Origin: Fibrobacteria bacterium
GTDB lineage: Bacteria > Fibrobacterota > Chitinivibrionia > Chitinivibrionales > FEN-1185
Length of the DNA stretch: 49,604 nt
NCBI GenBank assembly: GCA_037447435.1
Contig: JBBIGR010000039.1
Coordinates: 1 to 49,604 of the forward strand
Reading direction: 5' to 3'
Each line of letters starts with the position of its first letter. The stretch's first letter is position 1. The notes below the pieces were generated by a model. That model made no database searches and was not told the origin of the DNA. It saw only the letters and a program-made list of their open reading frames with translations. Below, piece after piece: positions 18,909-30,370 of the stretch. The position numbers were made by a program, and so were the translations under genes.

Positions 18909-18990
18909 ACTGACTAATACCTCCACACCACTCGGATTACATGGTACAATGCAATTTAAAATCGTTTTACTTAAAATAGGTTAAGTAATC

Positions 18991-20619
18991 ATGCAAGAAA
19001 ATAAAAATAGCAGAATATTTAAAACATTTTTTAATGTCCCTGTTTCGGAATATGCCGAAGTTGGGGTTTTAAAGCAGCTTGAAAGTAGCATCAAGCGCGT
19101 TTCGCGAACTGCAATTCTCGTGGCATGCGGCGCTTTGGCTTCTTTAAACGCGCAGGATATGGGAGAAATACCTGATACCGGATACGGCGATACGACGCCG
19201 ATCGAGACCCAGATTTCACGACGAGGCGCCGGCGCAGATTCGGTCCCCAAAGGCGGTGCAGGACTTTACGCATTGCTTGCGCGGCAAAAATATCCCGTGT
19301 CGAAAGTCGGCGTCGTATTAAGAGATCTGAACGCCGATTCGAATATGGTCGGACTTAATGCCGATTCGTTTTTTAATCCCGCATCGGTTTCCAAATTGCT
19401 TACGGCAACAATGGCATTCGACAAGCTGGGGCCGAAGTTTTCATTCAAGACCCAGGTTTACATGGACGGTCCGTTCGATCCGGCGACAGGTATTTGTCAA
19501 GGGAACCTGTACATTCGCGGCGGCGGAGACCCCTCGCTTTTTGCGGAACGACTATGGCTTTTTACCCAGCATTTGTCGTGCGTGGGGATAAAAACCGTCG
19601 CAAAAGACATAATACTCGACGATTCGTATTTCGATTCGACGATGATCGGCCCCGGATTTTACGAAGAAAGCTCCGATAATCCCTATATGGCTCCGGTCAA
19701 TGCCTTGTCTGCAAATTTCAATTGCGTCAGTATTTGGGCGAAACCGGGTGCAAATGTCGGGGATCCGATATATGCCGACATGCTTCCTAAAGCTGCCGAT
19801 ATCAACTTTTCTTCAATTGCGAAAACCGTTGCGACGGGATCGTCTCCGCGTTTTTCCATTATTGCCAGAAACATGCAAAAGTCAACTTCGATTACCGTTG
19901 CCGGTTCCCTGTCGAAGGACGCGCCGCTTAAAGTCGAATATTGTAAAGTTTGGCAGCCGCGCGACTATTTCGCTCAGGTGTTGAAAGTGCTATGCAATTC
20001 CTCCGCGATTACCGTTAAGGGTGCAATACGCAATGCGACCGTACCGGATTCGTTACGGAAGAAACAGCCGTTTTATGTTTTTCCGTCAATGCCGCTTTCG
20101 GACATTATTACGGACATGATGAAGTATTCGAGCAACTTTACCGCAGAGATGATATTCAAGTCGTTGTCGGCCCAGCGCGACTCGGGAAACGGTTCCTGGT
20201 CCGCATCGGCGCAAATGGCGCTTGAGTGGTGGAAATCCCAAGGTCTGGTCGGATCGCCGCGAATCCTTAACGGATCGGGAATGGGAAACAGCAACCGGTA
20301 TTCCTGCCGCCAAATTGCGGACTTGTTATCGTATGTCTATACACGGAAATCCTTTTATCCCGAATTCCTGTACGCATTACCCAATGCAGGAGTAGACGGT
20401 ACCCTCAAGTCGCGGTTCAAACATTCCCGGTTCCGCGGCATTCTCCGCGGCAAAACCGGAACGCTCAACGATTTCGGCGTCAGCGCAATAGCAGGCTATA
20501 TTTTGCAAGGAAAAAAGACCTATGCTTTTGCCGTTATTATTAATAATTGCCAAAACAAGAAACCCTTTCAGCATTGGGAATTGCAGGAACGGATCCTGGA
20601 TTTGATAGTTCCAAAATAA
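18991..20619 (+). CDS. dacB: D-alanyl-D-alanine carboxypeptidase/endopeptidase (PBP4, peptidase S13)
   Basis: SxxK in NPASVSKL, GNLYIRGGGDP, SxN in KYSSNF, GSG, AGVDGTL, KTG in GKTGTL. The true start may be somewhat downstream. Confidence 0.93.
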   Translation: MQENKNSRIFKTFFNVPVSEYAEVGVLKQLESSIKRVSRTAILVACGALASLNAQDMGEIPDTGYGDTTPIETQISRRGAGADSVPKGGAGLYALLARQKYPVSKVGVVLRDLNADSNMVGLNADSFFNPASVSKLLTATMAFDKLGPKFSFKTQVYMDGPFDPATGICQGNLYIRGGGDPSLFAERLWLFTQHLSCVGIKTVAKDIILDDSYFDSTMIGPGFYEESSDNPYMAPVNALSANFNCVSIWAKPGANVGDPIYADMLPKAADINFSSIAKTVATGSSPRFSIIARNMQKSTSITVAGSLSKDAPLKVEYCKVWQPRDYFAQVLKVLCNSSAITVKGAIRNATVPDSLRKKQPFYVFPSMPLSDIITDMMKYSSNFTAEMIFKSLSAQRDSGNGSWSASAQMALEWWKSQGLVGSPRILNGSGMGNSNRYSCRQIADLLSYVYTRKSFYPEFLYALPNAGVDGTLKSRFKHSRFRGILRGKTGTLNDFGVSAIAGYILQGKKTYAFAVIINNCQNKKPFQHWELQERILDLIVPK

Positions 20620-20631
20620 CGTTCAACGGGG

Positions 20632-20668
20632 TATTGGTGGAGACATTACTTGCATGTCTCCACCAATA
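20632..20668. repeat. Perfect 15-bp inverted repeat, REP-like palindrome / terminator after dacB
   Basis: TATTGGTGGAGACAT-TACTTGC-ATGTCTCCACCAATA. Confidence 0.7.
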
Positions 20669-20826
20669 AAACCCAATGTATTTGATAACAAAATGCCCGA
20701 TTCCGTCCAAAATTGTAATTGCATTTCTCTTCCGCTATACCTGTTTTACCCTTCTTCCCTAAATTATTTTCATCATATTAGTATTGTAAGCTCGTATTCT
20801 CTTCAGAAACAAAGGATTTTTACTAT

Positions 20827-23271
20827 ATGGTTAATGGAATGTTTACCGATCGCGTTAAAAAAGTAATGCAGATCGCCCGTGAGGAAGCGGTGCGGCTGGG
20901 CAACGATTATGTCGGCACCGAACATCTTCTTTTAGGTCTTATCAAAGAAGGTGACGGCGTTGCGGTTGCAGTGCTCCGCAGCATGGGCATAGATCTGGAC
21001 GAACTTGCGGCCAACATCGAAAAGGCAATCACTTCCACCGGCGGAATGATGACCATCGGCCAGATGCTTCCGTTTACGCCGCGGGCAAAAAAGGTTTTGG
21101 AAATTGCCGCTAACGAAGCACGTTCGATGTCGCATAAATATATCGGCACCGAGCATCTTCTTTTGGCGCTGATGAAAGACACCGAATCCACGGCCAGCAA
21201 TGCGCTTGCGTCGGCGGGCCTGGAATACGATCGCGTCAAGGAAGAAATAAGCCGGGTGCTTCGCGGCGGCGAAACCGTTGGCGCCGCTCCGAAGGAAAAA
21301 AGCAAGACCCCGTTTCTCGATCACTTCGGGCGGGACCTCACCCAAATGGCACGTGAAGGCAAACTCGATCCGGTCATCGGCAGGGAAAAGGAAATCGAAC
21401 GCGTGATCCAGATTCTCTCGCGCCGCAAGAAAAACAACCCTGTTCTTATCGGTGAACCTGGTATCGGTAAAACCGCCATCGTCGAGGGGCTTGCACAGAA
21501 AGTGGTTGAAAAAAATATACCCCAGGTATTGGAAAATAAACGCGTCGTCAATCTCGACATGGCTTCCATGGTTGCCGGAACAAAATACCGAGGGCAATTC
21601 GAGGAACGCATCAAAGCGCTCATGGTCGAATTGCAGAAAAACGAAAACATCATCATTTTCATAGACGAATTGCACACGATAGTCGGTGCCGGAGGTTCGG
21701 AAGGCAGCCTCGACGCCTCGAATATTTTCAAACCCGCGCTTTCACGCGGCGAAATTCAATGCGTGGGTGCCACAACGCTCGACGAATACCGCAAATACAT
21801 TGAAAAAGACGGCGCATTGGCGCGGCGTTTCCAAACAATAATGGTCGATCCGCCCAATACCGCCGAAACGGTTCAAATCCTCATGGGGTTGCGCCATCGC
21901 TACGAAGATCATCATAAGGTCACATATTCCGACAAAGCAATTGACCAGGCTGTCAAACTTGCCGACCGCTATATTTCGGACCGTTTTCATCCCGACAAGG
22001 CGATCGACGTGATCGACGAGGCCGGCGCGCGCAAGCGTTTGTCGAGCATGGAAATACCGCCCGAAATACGGCAAATGGAACTTGAAATAAATGACGTTGT
22101 CAAAGAAAAGGAAAAGGCCGTCGAGCATCAGGAGTTTGAAAAAGCGGCTAAACTTCGCGACAAACAGGAAAAACTCAAGGAGACATTGGTCGAGAAAAAA
22201 GCGTTGTGGCGGAAATCGAAATCCGAAGAACGGTTGCTTGTCGACGAGCCGACGATCATTGAAGTCATATCGACCATGACGGGAATTCCCCTGTCGAGAC
22301 TCGAAGAAGAAGAATCCAAAAAACTGCTGCATCTCGAAGACGAATTGCGCAAACGCGTCATCGGTCAAGATCCGGCGCTCGAGGCTATTGCAAAAAGCAT
22401 CCGCCGTTCCCGCGCAGGGCTGCATAATATCCGCAGGCCGATTGCGTCGTTTATTTTCCTTGGGCCGACCGGTGTAGGCAAAACAGAACTTGCAAAAACA
22501 CTGGCCGAAAACCTTTTCAATTCCGAAGACGCGTTGGTTCGCATCGACATGTCGGAATACATGGAAAAGTTCGCTGTATCGCGTCTGGTCGGGGCTCCTC
22601 CCGGCTATGTCGGGTATGAAGAAGGCGGCCAGCTTTCGGAAAAAATCCGCAAAAAACCCTATGCGGTCATATTGCTGGACGAAATAGAAAAAGCGCATCC
22701 CGACGTGTTTAATATATTGCTGCAAATTCTCGACGACGGTATCCTTACCGATTCCTACGGGCGCCATGTCAATTTCAAAAACACGATCATAATCATGACG
22801 TCCAACGCCGGCACGCGCGATATGCGCAAGACCGGATCCCTGGGGTTCGGCAAAAACACCGACGTTTCGGATTACGAAAACATGAAGTCCAAGGTTCTTG
22901 ATGAACTCAAACGCATTTTTAACCCGGAATTCTTAAACCGGGTCGACGATACGATTGTTTTCAAATCTCTTGGAAAAGAAGAAATCGCAAAAATCGTGAA
23001 CATTCAACTTGCCCAGGTCCAGGAAAAGCTGTCCGAACGTAATGTCAAGCTCCAGGTAAGTGAAGATGCGAAAGCGTTTATTCTCGAGCACGGTTTCGAT
23101 CCTATGCTTGGCGCCCGGCCCATGCGCCGTTCCATTCAGAAATTGGTCGAAGACCGCTTGGCCGAGGAGTTCCTTAACAGCAGATTTACGGATGGAGACA
23201 TCGTTGCGGTAGACGCTGGAAACGGCCAGTTGGAGTTTTCAAAAGTCCCGCAAAACGATGAAACCACGTAA
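20827..23271 (+). CDS. clpC: ATP-dependent Clp protease ATP-binding subunit ClpC
   Basis: Two Clp-N repeats (GTEHLLL), NBD1 GEPGIGKT / FIDELH, short UVR middle domain ([11 protein letters not shown]), NBD2 GPTGVGKT / LLDEIEKAH, ClpP-binding LGF loop. Confidence 0.93.
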   Translation: MVNGMFTDRVKKVMQIAREEAVRLGNDYVGTEHLLLGLIKEGDGVAVAVLRSMGIDLDELAANIEKAITSTGGMMTIGQMLPFTPRAKKVLEIAANEARSMSHKYIGTEHLLLALMKDTESTASNALASAGLEYDRVKEEISRVLRGGETVGAAPKEKSKTPFLDHFGRDLTQMAREGKLDPVIGREKEIERVIQILSRRKKNNPVLIGEPGIGKTAIVEGLAQKVVEKNIPQVLENKRVVNLDMASMVAGTKYRGQFEERIKALMVELQKNENIIIFIDELHTIVGAGGSEGSLDASNIFKPALSRGEIQCVGATTLDEYRKYIEKDGALARRFQTIMVDPPNTAETVQILMGLRHRYEDHHKVTYSDKAIDQAVKLADRYISDRFHPDKAIDVIDEAGARKRLSSMEIPPEIRQMELEINDVVKEKEKAVEHQEFEKAAKLRDKQEKLKETLVEKKALWRKSKSEERLLVDEPTIIEVISTMTGIPLSRLEEEESKKLLHLEDELRKRVIGQDPALEAIAKSIRRSRAGLHNIRRPIASFIFLGPTGVGKTELAKTLAENLFNSEDALVRIDMSEYMEKFAVSRLVGAPPGYVGYEEGGQLSEKIRKKPYAVILLDEIEKAHPDVFNILLQILDDGILTDSYGRHVNFKNTIIIMTSNAGTRDMRKTGSLGFGKNTDVSDYENMKSKVLDELKRIFNPEFLNRVDDTIVFKSLGKEEIAKIVNIQLAQVQEKLSERNVKLQVSEDAKAFILEHGFDPMLGARPMRRSIQKLVEDRLAEEFLNSRFTDGDIVAVDAGNGQLEFSKVPQNDETT

Positions 23272-26200
23272 GTGGGTCGCGATCGTTTTTTGTTGCTTCC
23301 TTATAGCGGCCTACGGGCTCTATGAGGGAGTAACGTATATCGAAAACGGCCGTCATGTCGAACGGCTCATCACCAAACAATTGTCGCTGGCGAGCGGCGG
23401 TAATGTCGATATCGGTCATGTCAGGCTCGGTTTTTTTTCGGTATATCTCCAGGATGTCAAGGCCTCGATGTCGATGAACGCGTATTCATTGACGGTTCGC
23501 GACATAAAAATATCCTTTTCACTTATAAAGCTTCTTGCAAATCGCGGCGACTTTTCCAAAAGCATCAGCAAAATCATACTGCTTTCGCCGACGCTCAATT
23601 TCGCTTTTTTCCCTTATATCAAAGATACGGTGCCGAAACCGCAACAACCGATCCGGACGGCGGAATTGCTTTCCGCGTTTCGGTCTTTGCCGGTCGACTA
23701 TTTGTTGGTGCGGAAAGGTATCGTTACCGTGACGACCGCCTCGACGCAGCCGCCGCGCCTTGTCGGGGAAGATTTGAGCGGAAAATTGGGGCAGGATTTA
23801 AACGGCATTTCGATGGAAATGCGCGGAAAAATGGCGTCGAAACGAAAAAACATGTTTTTGTCGGCAACGTTTTTAAATACCGGACGTAATCATCACGTAT
23901 CTCTTCGGCTCGACAAAGCGAAAATCGACAGACCTTTTTCTATTGGTAAAGGAACGATCGTGTCCGGAACGCTTGACGGTGCGGTGCAATTTTCTTTTCC
24001 CGATTCCGTGACCGCGGAAACGTTCGAGTCCAGCGGCTGGCTGCATATTGTAAACGGCGTCTGTTCCATAGACAGCATCAAATCGCCGGTAACGGGGATT
24101 GCGATGAAAGTGAGTATCGCCAGGACGGTTTGCTTCCTCGATTCGTTGCGCTTTGTTTTCAGCGGAATCGAAGCTACTGCCGGCGGCAATTGGGATTTCG
24201 CGCCTTTACCCAAAACGCAAACCGGAATTACGCTCAAATGTAAAGGTGTCAAACCGGAACTCTGCGACTTTATCCCCGACAATATCCGGAAAATCCTCAG
24301 CGGCACCGGCTGGTTCGAAGCCGCGATACAACGGGAAAAAAGTGCGGGAGCGATAAATCTCGGGCTTCGCGCCGGCGGACTCGGAATTTCGGGGCAAACC
24401 GTTACGTTATTATGTGCAAACGGGCTTTTGCAGGGGCCGCAAATATCGTTCGATTCGCTTTCGGCCGTAGGTCCCGGAATTGCCGTAAAAGGAAAAGGAA
24501 TCATTGACTTCGGAAAAGAGCCGTTTGCCTATTCGGTTATAACCCGTTGCAAGGTCGATTCGATACAATCGGTCCCCGGAATACGCGGCGCCGTTTCCGC
24601 GTCGGTGTCGTTACGAGGACTCGGCGACGATTATTACGCTGACGCAATTGTCAATACCGCGGGTCTTAGCTACGATAATATCGTTCTCGGCGCTCCCCAA
24701 ATTTCGATCCATGCGGAAAAGGGCAAGCCGCTTTCATTTGCCACGTCCTCTTCAAATCAGGGATATGTCGGCCTTATGGGCACCATAGACAGTCTGGGAA
24801 CCAAAAATCCGATGCTGTCGTGTCAAGTATCCGCGTCGACGGCCGTGCTGAGGCCAATACTTGGACGGTTTTCCCCGGACCTGGGAAAGCAACTGGACTC
24901 GGCATGGTTTAAAATCAATATGACCGGGACTCAAGGCGCGTTTAGCGCCTCGGGATCGTTGGGGCTGCTCGTAAAGGCTTCCGAGACGATACCCCGCCTG
25001 GCGGGAACAATCGGCCTGCAAGTAGACAAAAAAGACAAAGACAAAACCGTGCATTGGTCGCTTATTGGAACAAATTTCGGCGTTTCGGACGGCGCGGTGA
25101 ACGTGCGGGCGCAAGGCCGGTCGCTGTCCGATACCCTTGCAATCGATTCGGTCTCGCTGCTCCCGGGTCTTAAAGCAACCGGCCTGTGTCGTCTCGGGGA
25201 AAATCCCGATGAGTCGTTTACCATTTCATGCAACAACGTGCAATTGCCTCAAATCAACGCGCTGGCGTTCCACGGAAAGTTTCCCGTCAAGGCGGGGACC
25301 GTCTCCGGGACGATCCGGATTGCCGCAAACGCAAACAGGGTCCGTACCGATTCGGACCTCAAGATACGCGGGGTGTCTGTCGGATTTTTGCAAGGTTTGG
25401 AAAGCGATGTACAGTGTGCGACCAGGGATTCCGTCATCACCGTTTTTCCCTGCATTATTCGGCAAAACGGTGCCGTGCTTGTTAAAACCGATACCATATG
25501 CAACAAAAACGGATTGACCTTTTCGGGAAGTGCCGACAACGTTGATTTATACAATCTCATCAAGGATGCCTTGCCCGAAGAATACGACCCGAGCGAACAT
25601 TCGATCAAGGGAAAAATAAGTGCCCAATTTTCATCGACCGGTCAAACCCCATCCCAAAAAGGCGTTTTGGGCAGCATGCGCATCCGCTCGAGCGGGCTGA
25701 GTTTCGATCAATGGCATGTGGACTCTATTGCGGCGGATATTTCGTTCGATGAAAACGGCATGGTTCTTAATTCTTTTACCGCAAGCGATTCGTCGAGGGC
25801 AAAAATCAAGGCCGGCGGCAGTATCCCGTGGTCGGCGATCGGCGACGATCCTCCGCTGTCCGACACGCTTAATTTTTGGGCGAATGTGACCGGAGACTTG
25901 ATTGCGGTATTGCATCATAACGTATCGGTGCCGTTCCACATGCCCGTCGACGGACACGGTCAAGGGACCGTCGATGTAGCGGTGTGCGGCGTCGGCGGTA
26001 CGATGCATGTGACCAAAGCGGTCGCGCTTGTTCCGCGCGGAGTCCTTATTGTCAAGCCCTACGTTCCGGAAGACATTAAAGATTTTTCATTCAGAATGGT
26101 GCTTGATAATATACAGTCGCACGGCAGCGGCGACGAAGATGACGGCAATGTGTTTGAAAAAGCGTCGGTTTCAGTGACCATGAGCGGAACAACGGGCAGA

Positions 26201-27469
26201 AGGCCGGTAACCATCCATTCCACCCATGTCATTCCCCGCGGGTTTGAGCCAATCACGATCGGGTTTTTAGACCTAGGGGCGCTGCTTGTTTCGACGCCGA
26301 AGCGGGGAATAGATATTCATGTTCCCGGCGTGACGGAAATAGGCGCTATTTCGGATGTTGAATTCGCTCCCAGGGCGCCGTGGCCTGAATTCGCCTTATC
26401 GGGACCTTTGGACAAATTATGCATCAGCGGCGACTGGATATTGCGCACCTGCGATTTGACATTCCCGTTTTTGGACAATGTCGAAACGCATGTGCCGTTC
26501 GACCCTTTTCCGTATATAACCTGGAATTTCGATTTACGTGCAGGAAACCGCAAGGTGAAATATTACTTTGACTATGGAAAAAACCGGAATTTGATCCGCC
26601 TCGCCGAATGCTATCTCGACCCTGTTTCGGTTTTGTCGCTTCGCGGCCGGGACATGGATAAAACCTTTAAAATAGTGGGAAGCCTTCGCTCCTCCAATGC
26701 CTCCGTATTTTACGGACGCACTTTTGACCGTAATGTGGAAATCGGATTGGATTTTGTTCCACAGCCGCTTCCGGGCCAGAAAGGCTACGACAATATGCCC
26801 ATAATATGGGGAAGCGCCGAAGCGATTTCCGATACGTCGCGGTTCGAAAGAATAAAACTGACGCTGCTGACTCGCGACTCCATCAGCGGCGCATGGTCGG
26901 AACACGGCAGGTTTTACGACATTCACTTCAGGGTCGGTTCCAATATCGAAAATTTTCCCGGACAAACCGAGCAGCGCTTCGTCGAACAGGAAAAATCGAA
27001 ATACACGTCGGTTTCCGGCGCCGGCACATTCGTTACTGCGGTCGGGGAACAATACCTCCATAGAATATTATTACAGAACATGGAACGCCGGCTTGCCAAA
27101 AGCCTCGGATTGGATGTGATTACCATTGAAACATCCATTGCTTCGAATTATTTTAATAAGCTTTATAATACCAGGCAATTCGAATCCAATCGATGGGATT
27201 ATCTTGCCCTTGCAAATGTCGGAATCACGCTCGGGCGCTACATTCTGTACGATAAGGTTTTCCTTAAGTGGCGGACGGAATTGGTGCCGGTCGACACCAT
27301 CCTGAAACCCCAGTACAATGTTGGGTTCGAGTTTCAGCCTCTTCAATTTATCAATATGGACTTCAACTACGGAGTCCATATGGGAAACAAAACGCTGGAA
27401 TCCGATCCGCAAATGAACCTGGAATTGCGATTACCGATAAAGGACTTAAGAAAGTATTTTGACTTTTAA
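23258..27469 (+). CDS. Large N-anchored beta-rich envelope protein, AsmA/TamB-like
   Basis: N-terminal TM anchor; 1403 aa of Gly-rich beta repeats; TamB-like C-terminus (LAKSLGLDVITIET...GITLGRYI..K.F); directly upstream of bamA. Confidence 0.65.
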   Translation: MKPRKWVAIVFCCFLIAAYGLYEGVTYIENGRHVERLITKQLSLASGGNVDIGHVRLGFFSVYLQDVKASMSMNAYSLTVRDIKISFSLIKLLANRGDFSKSISKIILLSPTLNFAFFPYIKDTVPKPQQPIRTAELLSAFRSLPVDYLLVRKGIVTVTTASTQPPRLVGEDLSGKLGQDLNGISMEMRGKMASKRKNMFLSATFLNTGRNHHVSLRLDKAKIDRPFSIGKGTIVSGTLDGAVQFSFPDSVTAETFESSGWLHIVNGVCSIDSIKSPVTGIAMKVSIARTVCFLDSLRFVFSGIEATAGGNWDFAPLPKTQTGITLKCKGVKPELCDFIPDNIRKILSGTGWFEAAIQREKSAGAINLGLRAGGLGISGQTVTLLCANGLLQGPQISFDSLSAVGPGIAVKGKGIIDFGKEPFAYSVITRCKVDSIQSVPGIRGAVSASVSLRGLGDDYYADAIVNTAGLSYDNIVLGAPQISIHAEKGKPLSFATSSSNQGYVGLMGTIDSLGTKNPMLSCQVSASTAVLRPILGRFSPDLGKQLDSAWFKINMTGTQGAFSASGSLGLLVKASETIPRLAGTIGLQVDKKDKDKTVHWSLIGTNFGVSDGAVNVRAQGRSLSDTLAIDSVSLLPGLKATGLCRLGENPDESFTISCNNVQLPQINALAFHGKFPVKAGTVSGTIRIAANANRVRTDSDLKIRGVSVGFLQGLESDVQCATRDSVITVFPCIIRQNGAVLVKTDTICNKNGLTFSGSADNVDLYNLIKDALPEEYDPSEHSIKGKISAQFSSTGQTPSQKGVLGSMRIRSSGLSFDQWHVDSIAADISFDENGMVLNSFTASDSSRAKIKAGGSIPWSAIGDDPPLSDTLNFWANVTGDLIAVLHHNVSVPFHMPVDGHGQGTVDVAVCGVGGTMHVTKAVALVPRGVLIVKPYVPEDIKDFSFRMVLDNIQSHGSGDEDDGNVFEKASVSVTMSGTTGRRPVTIHSTHVIPRGFEPITIGFLDLGALLVSTPKRGIDIHVPGVTEIGAISDVEFAPRAPWPEFALSGPLDKLCISGDWILRTCDLTFPFLDNVETHVPFDPFPYITWNFDLRAGNRKVKYYFDYGKNRNLIRLAECYLDPVSVLSLRGRDMDKTFKIVGSLRSSNASVFYGRTFDRNVEIGLDFVPQPLPGQKGYDNMPIIWGSAEAISDTSRFERIKLTLLTRDSISGAWSEHGRFYDIHFRVGSNIENFPGQTEQRFVEQEKSKYTSVSGAGTFVTAVGEQYLHRILLQNMERRLAKSLGLDVITIETSIASNYFNKLYNTRQFESNRWDYLALANVGITLGRYILYDKVFLKWRTELVPVDTILKPQYNVGFEFQPLQFINMDFNYGVHMGNKTLESDPQMNLELRLPIKDLRKYFDF

Positions 27470-27520
27470 TAAAAACAACGATTTGTGTCCTTGCACTTCA
27501 GCCAAAGGCTTTTGCAAACA

Positions 27521-29782
27521 ATGAAAATTCTCAGATTGCTCTGCGCGTCGCTTTTATGTGTCGTGGCAACGGGTCAGGCCAAAGTCTTGGATACGCTTGT
27601 CATCGAAGGCCTTTCCATTCATCAAAATTCGGTTGTTCGAAACAGCATGAATCTCCGCGAAAAGGCCGAGTTTACACCCGCCGACATTCAATTGGCAATC
27701 AAGAGTCTCTATAAGACGGGTTTTTTCAAGACCGTTGATTTTTTTGTGACCAAAGAAACCGATTCGACGGCGACACTTTTGCTCAAACTCACCGAATATC
27801 CCGTTTGCGAAGCCATTGATTACAGCGGCAATAAAAAGCTCAAGGCAAAGGATTTTGAGGAAAAAATGACGCTCAAAAAGGGCGCAGACGTCACCGAGGC
27901 GCTTGTTTTTGATAATGTCAACATCATCAGGAAATTGTACGAGGCAAAAGGGTATTTGCTTGTCGACATCAAGACCGAACTTGTGCCGTCGAAGATACCG
28001 GGAAACGTGCGCGTCCGTTTTAAAATTTCCGACGGCCCCAAAGTTATGGTGAAAAAAATATTCTTCAAGGGGAATGTCGCTGTCAAGGAAAGCAAGCTCA
28101 AGTCCACCTTTAAAACTAAAGAGAAGAAATTGTTTTGGGGCGGCGATTTCGACGCCGACCAATACAAATTGCATTGCGATTCGCTCATATTGTTTTACAA
28201 TGATCTCGGTTTCATCGATGCCAAAATCGTTAACGACAGCATGTGGTACGGCGACAATAAAAAAGACCTGTATCTGCAGATTGAAGTTTCGGAAGGAAAG
28301 AAATTCGTCACCGGCGATTTCTACTTTACCGGGAACAAAGTCATAGAAACCCCGGCGCTTCAGGCGACGGTGCTCATGCGCAAAGGTAAACCGTTTGTGA
28401 AGAGCAAATTCGAGGCGACCAAGGAATTCGTGATAAACGCCTACCGGGAAGAGGGGTATTTATGGGTGCAGGCCAAAGATCAGATGTCGTATCGCGGCGA
28501 CACGGTAGACGTCACCTTCGATATTACCGAAGGGAAACCCGCCATCGTACGGAAAATCGATATAATCGGGAACATCAAGACGCATGAGAATGTGGTGCGC
28601 CGTGAAATGGCGATCATGCCCGGACAAAAGTATAAACAATCCGCAATGATGCGAAGCGTCCGCGACATATACCAACTCAACTTCTTTGCCAATGTCAAAC
28701 CCGATCTCAAGCCTAACGACGACGGCACGGTCGATTTGGTCTTTTCCATAACCGAAAAAGACAATATCGGTCAATTGTCGCTCGGCGCATCGTATTCCGC
28801 CACGACCCAGTTCATGGGTACGTTTACAACGTCGATACCGAATTTCAGGGGGCTGGGCCAGCGTCTCGATCTCAGTTTGCAAATCGGGCAAACCGCGCAG
28901 GACGTGTCGGTTGCTTTTACGGAACCGTGGGCCTTTAATACGCCGACCACGCTGTCGGGGAGCATATTTTATCAGACGTATTCATACTACGACAATTACA
29001 AGCAATACGGCTTTTCCGGGTCAGCCTCAAGAAGGCTGAAATGGCCCGACGATTATTTCAGCGCAAGCGTGGGTTACAGACTGGAATGGAAACAGGATAT
29101 TTATAACGATACGACCTACGCAAATAGCAATGTCCACGTGCTGAAACAAGGCGTTAACAGCAATATCAGCCTCAGCTTATTCAGAGACGACACCGATATG
29201 CCCATGTTTCCGAGCGAAGGTTCGCGTTTCACGATTTCGCCGGAATTTTCCGGGCTTGGCGGGCAATTCCGCTATCTTAAAACATCCGTTACTTACGATT
29301 GGTTTTTCCCGCTCTTCTGGAAATTCGTATTGAACGCTAAGTCCAAATATGCAATGCTTTCTCCTTTAGGAAGCGACAAAATGGACATTTCGCGATACGA
29401 TGCGCTTTCCGCCGGCGGCGTGTGGACCGGAACGCAGGGCGTCATTCGCGGGTATCAGGATCGCCAATTCGGCGGTCCGAGCGATCCTAAAAACGGCGTG
29501 GCGCTGTTAACATTGACAAGCGAGTTACAGTTTCCAATTCTCGAACAAACGTTGTATTTCCTTGCTTTCGGCGATATGGGGAATACCTGGGCGCATGTGA
29601 ACGACGTCAGTTTGAGCGATTTATATCCGGGTGCCGGTTTTGGAGTGAGATTGAATATTCCAATGCTGGGACTTTTGGGATTTGATTTAGGATACGGCTT
29701 TAAGAAACCGACGCAGTTTTCCCATTTCGGTCAGGAATCAAACAATTGGATTCCGCACTTTATGATGGGACGCGGATTCTGA
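27521..29782 (+). CDS. bamA: Outer membrane protein assembly factor BamA
   Basis: Signal peptide; POTRA repeats (I.F.GN; GNIKTHENVVRRE); PNFRGLGQ, FTEPW, IRGY loop-6 motif; C-terminal Phe. Confidence 0.95.
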   Translation: MKILRLLCASLLCVVATGQAKVLDTLVIEGLSIHQNSVVRNSMNLREKAEFTPADIQLAIKSLYKTGFFKTVDFFVTKETDSTATLLLKLTEYPVCEAIDYSGNKKLKAKDFEEKMTLKKGADVTEALVFDNVNIIRKLYEAKGYLLVDIKTELVPSKIPGNVRVRFKISDGPKVMVKKIFFKGNVAVKESKLKSTFKTKEKKLFWGGDFDADQYKLHCDSLILFYNDLGFIDAKIVNDSMWYGDNKKDLYLQIEVSEGKKFVTGDFYFTGNKVIETPALQATVLMRKGKPFVKSKFEATKEFVINAYREEGYLWVQAKDQMSYRGDTVDVTFDITEGKPAIVRKIDIIGNIKTHENVVRREMAIMPGQKYKQSAMMRSVRDIYQLNFFANVKPDLKPNDDGTVDLVFSITEKDNIGQLSLGASYSATTQFMGTFTTSIPNFRGLGQRLDLSLQIGQTAQDVSVAFTEPWAFNTPTTLSGSIFYQTYSYYDNYKQYGFSGSASRRLKWPDDYFSASVGYRLEWKQDIYNDTTYANSNVHVLKQGVNSNISLSLFRDDTDMPMFPSEGSRFTISPEFSGLGGQFRYLKTSVTYDWFFPLFWKFVLNAKSKYAMLSPLGSDKMDISRYDALSAGGVWTGTQGVIRGYQDRQFGGPSDPKNGVALLTLTSELQFPILEQTLYFLAFGDMGNTWAHVNDVSLSDLYPGAGFGVRLNIPMLGLLGFDLGYGFKKPTQFSHFGQESNNWIPHFMMGRGF

Positions 29783-29844
29783 TCGGAAGCCGGTAATACG
29801 ATAGTAATTTGAAGATTTATTTTTACATTTTATCCGGAGGTGTT

Positions 29845-30363
29845 ATGGCTACTATACGGAACTTATGTGTGCTGATTGCAGCATGCGGAACAATGTTTTT
29901 TGCGCAAGCTGAAATGAAAATCGGATTCATTAATTCCGAAGAGATTTTCAGGGGATACTCCGGCACCAAAGACGCTCAGGACAAATTCGACAAGGAAGTT
30001 AAAAAATGGGAGCAGGATGCCACCGATCGTCAAAAGGAAATCAAGGATCTTAAAGACCAGCTCGACAAGCAAAGCTTGTTGCTTTCGGCCGAACGCCGCG
30101 CCGAAATCGAAACAAAACTCAAGACGAAAATGACCGAGTATCAGGATTTCCTGCAAACGAAATTCGGCCAAAAAGGTGAAGCGCTTACGAAAAATGAAGA
30201 GCTGACAAAGCCGATTATCGAAAAAATCAATAAGATCATCGACAAGATCGCAAAAGAGGAAAATTACGATTACATCATGGACGCGCGTACGGGCGGCGTC
30301 ATATTTGCCAAGCCGGCCTACGATCTTACCAAACGCGTTCTGGGCATTTTAAACAAGGAATAA
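29845..30363 (+). CDS. skp: Periplasmic chaperone Skp/OmpH
   Basis: RBS GGAGG; signal peptide; KIGFIN, coiled-coil, YDYIMD...DLT..VL; located between bamA and lpxD. Confidence 0.92.
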   Translation: MATIRNLCVLIAACGTMFFAQAEMKIGFINSEEIFRGYSGTKDAQDKFDKEVKKWEQDATDRQKEIKDLKDQLDKQSLLLSAERRAEIETKLKTKMTEYQDFLQTKFGQKGEALTKNEELTKPIIEKINKIIDKIAKEENYDYIMDARTGGVIFAKPAYDLTKRVLGILNKE

Positions 30364-30370
30364 TCGCTCC

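Noticed and set aside
20654..20866. 70-aa ORF upstream of clpC as a ctsR/mcs remnant
   Set aside because: Starts inside the palindrome, has AT-rich promoter-like composition, overlaps clpC out of frame and shows no CtsR/Mcs motifs.
20932..22767. Long antisense ORFs (247 and 341 aa) opposite clpC
   Set aside because: Fully nested on the opposite strand of a highly conserved gene; typical codon-bias shadow frames with no motifs.
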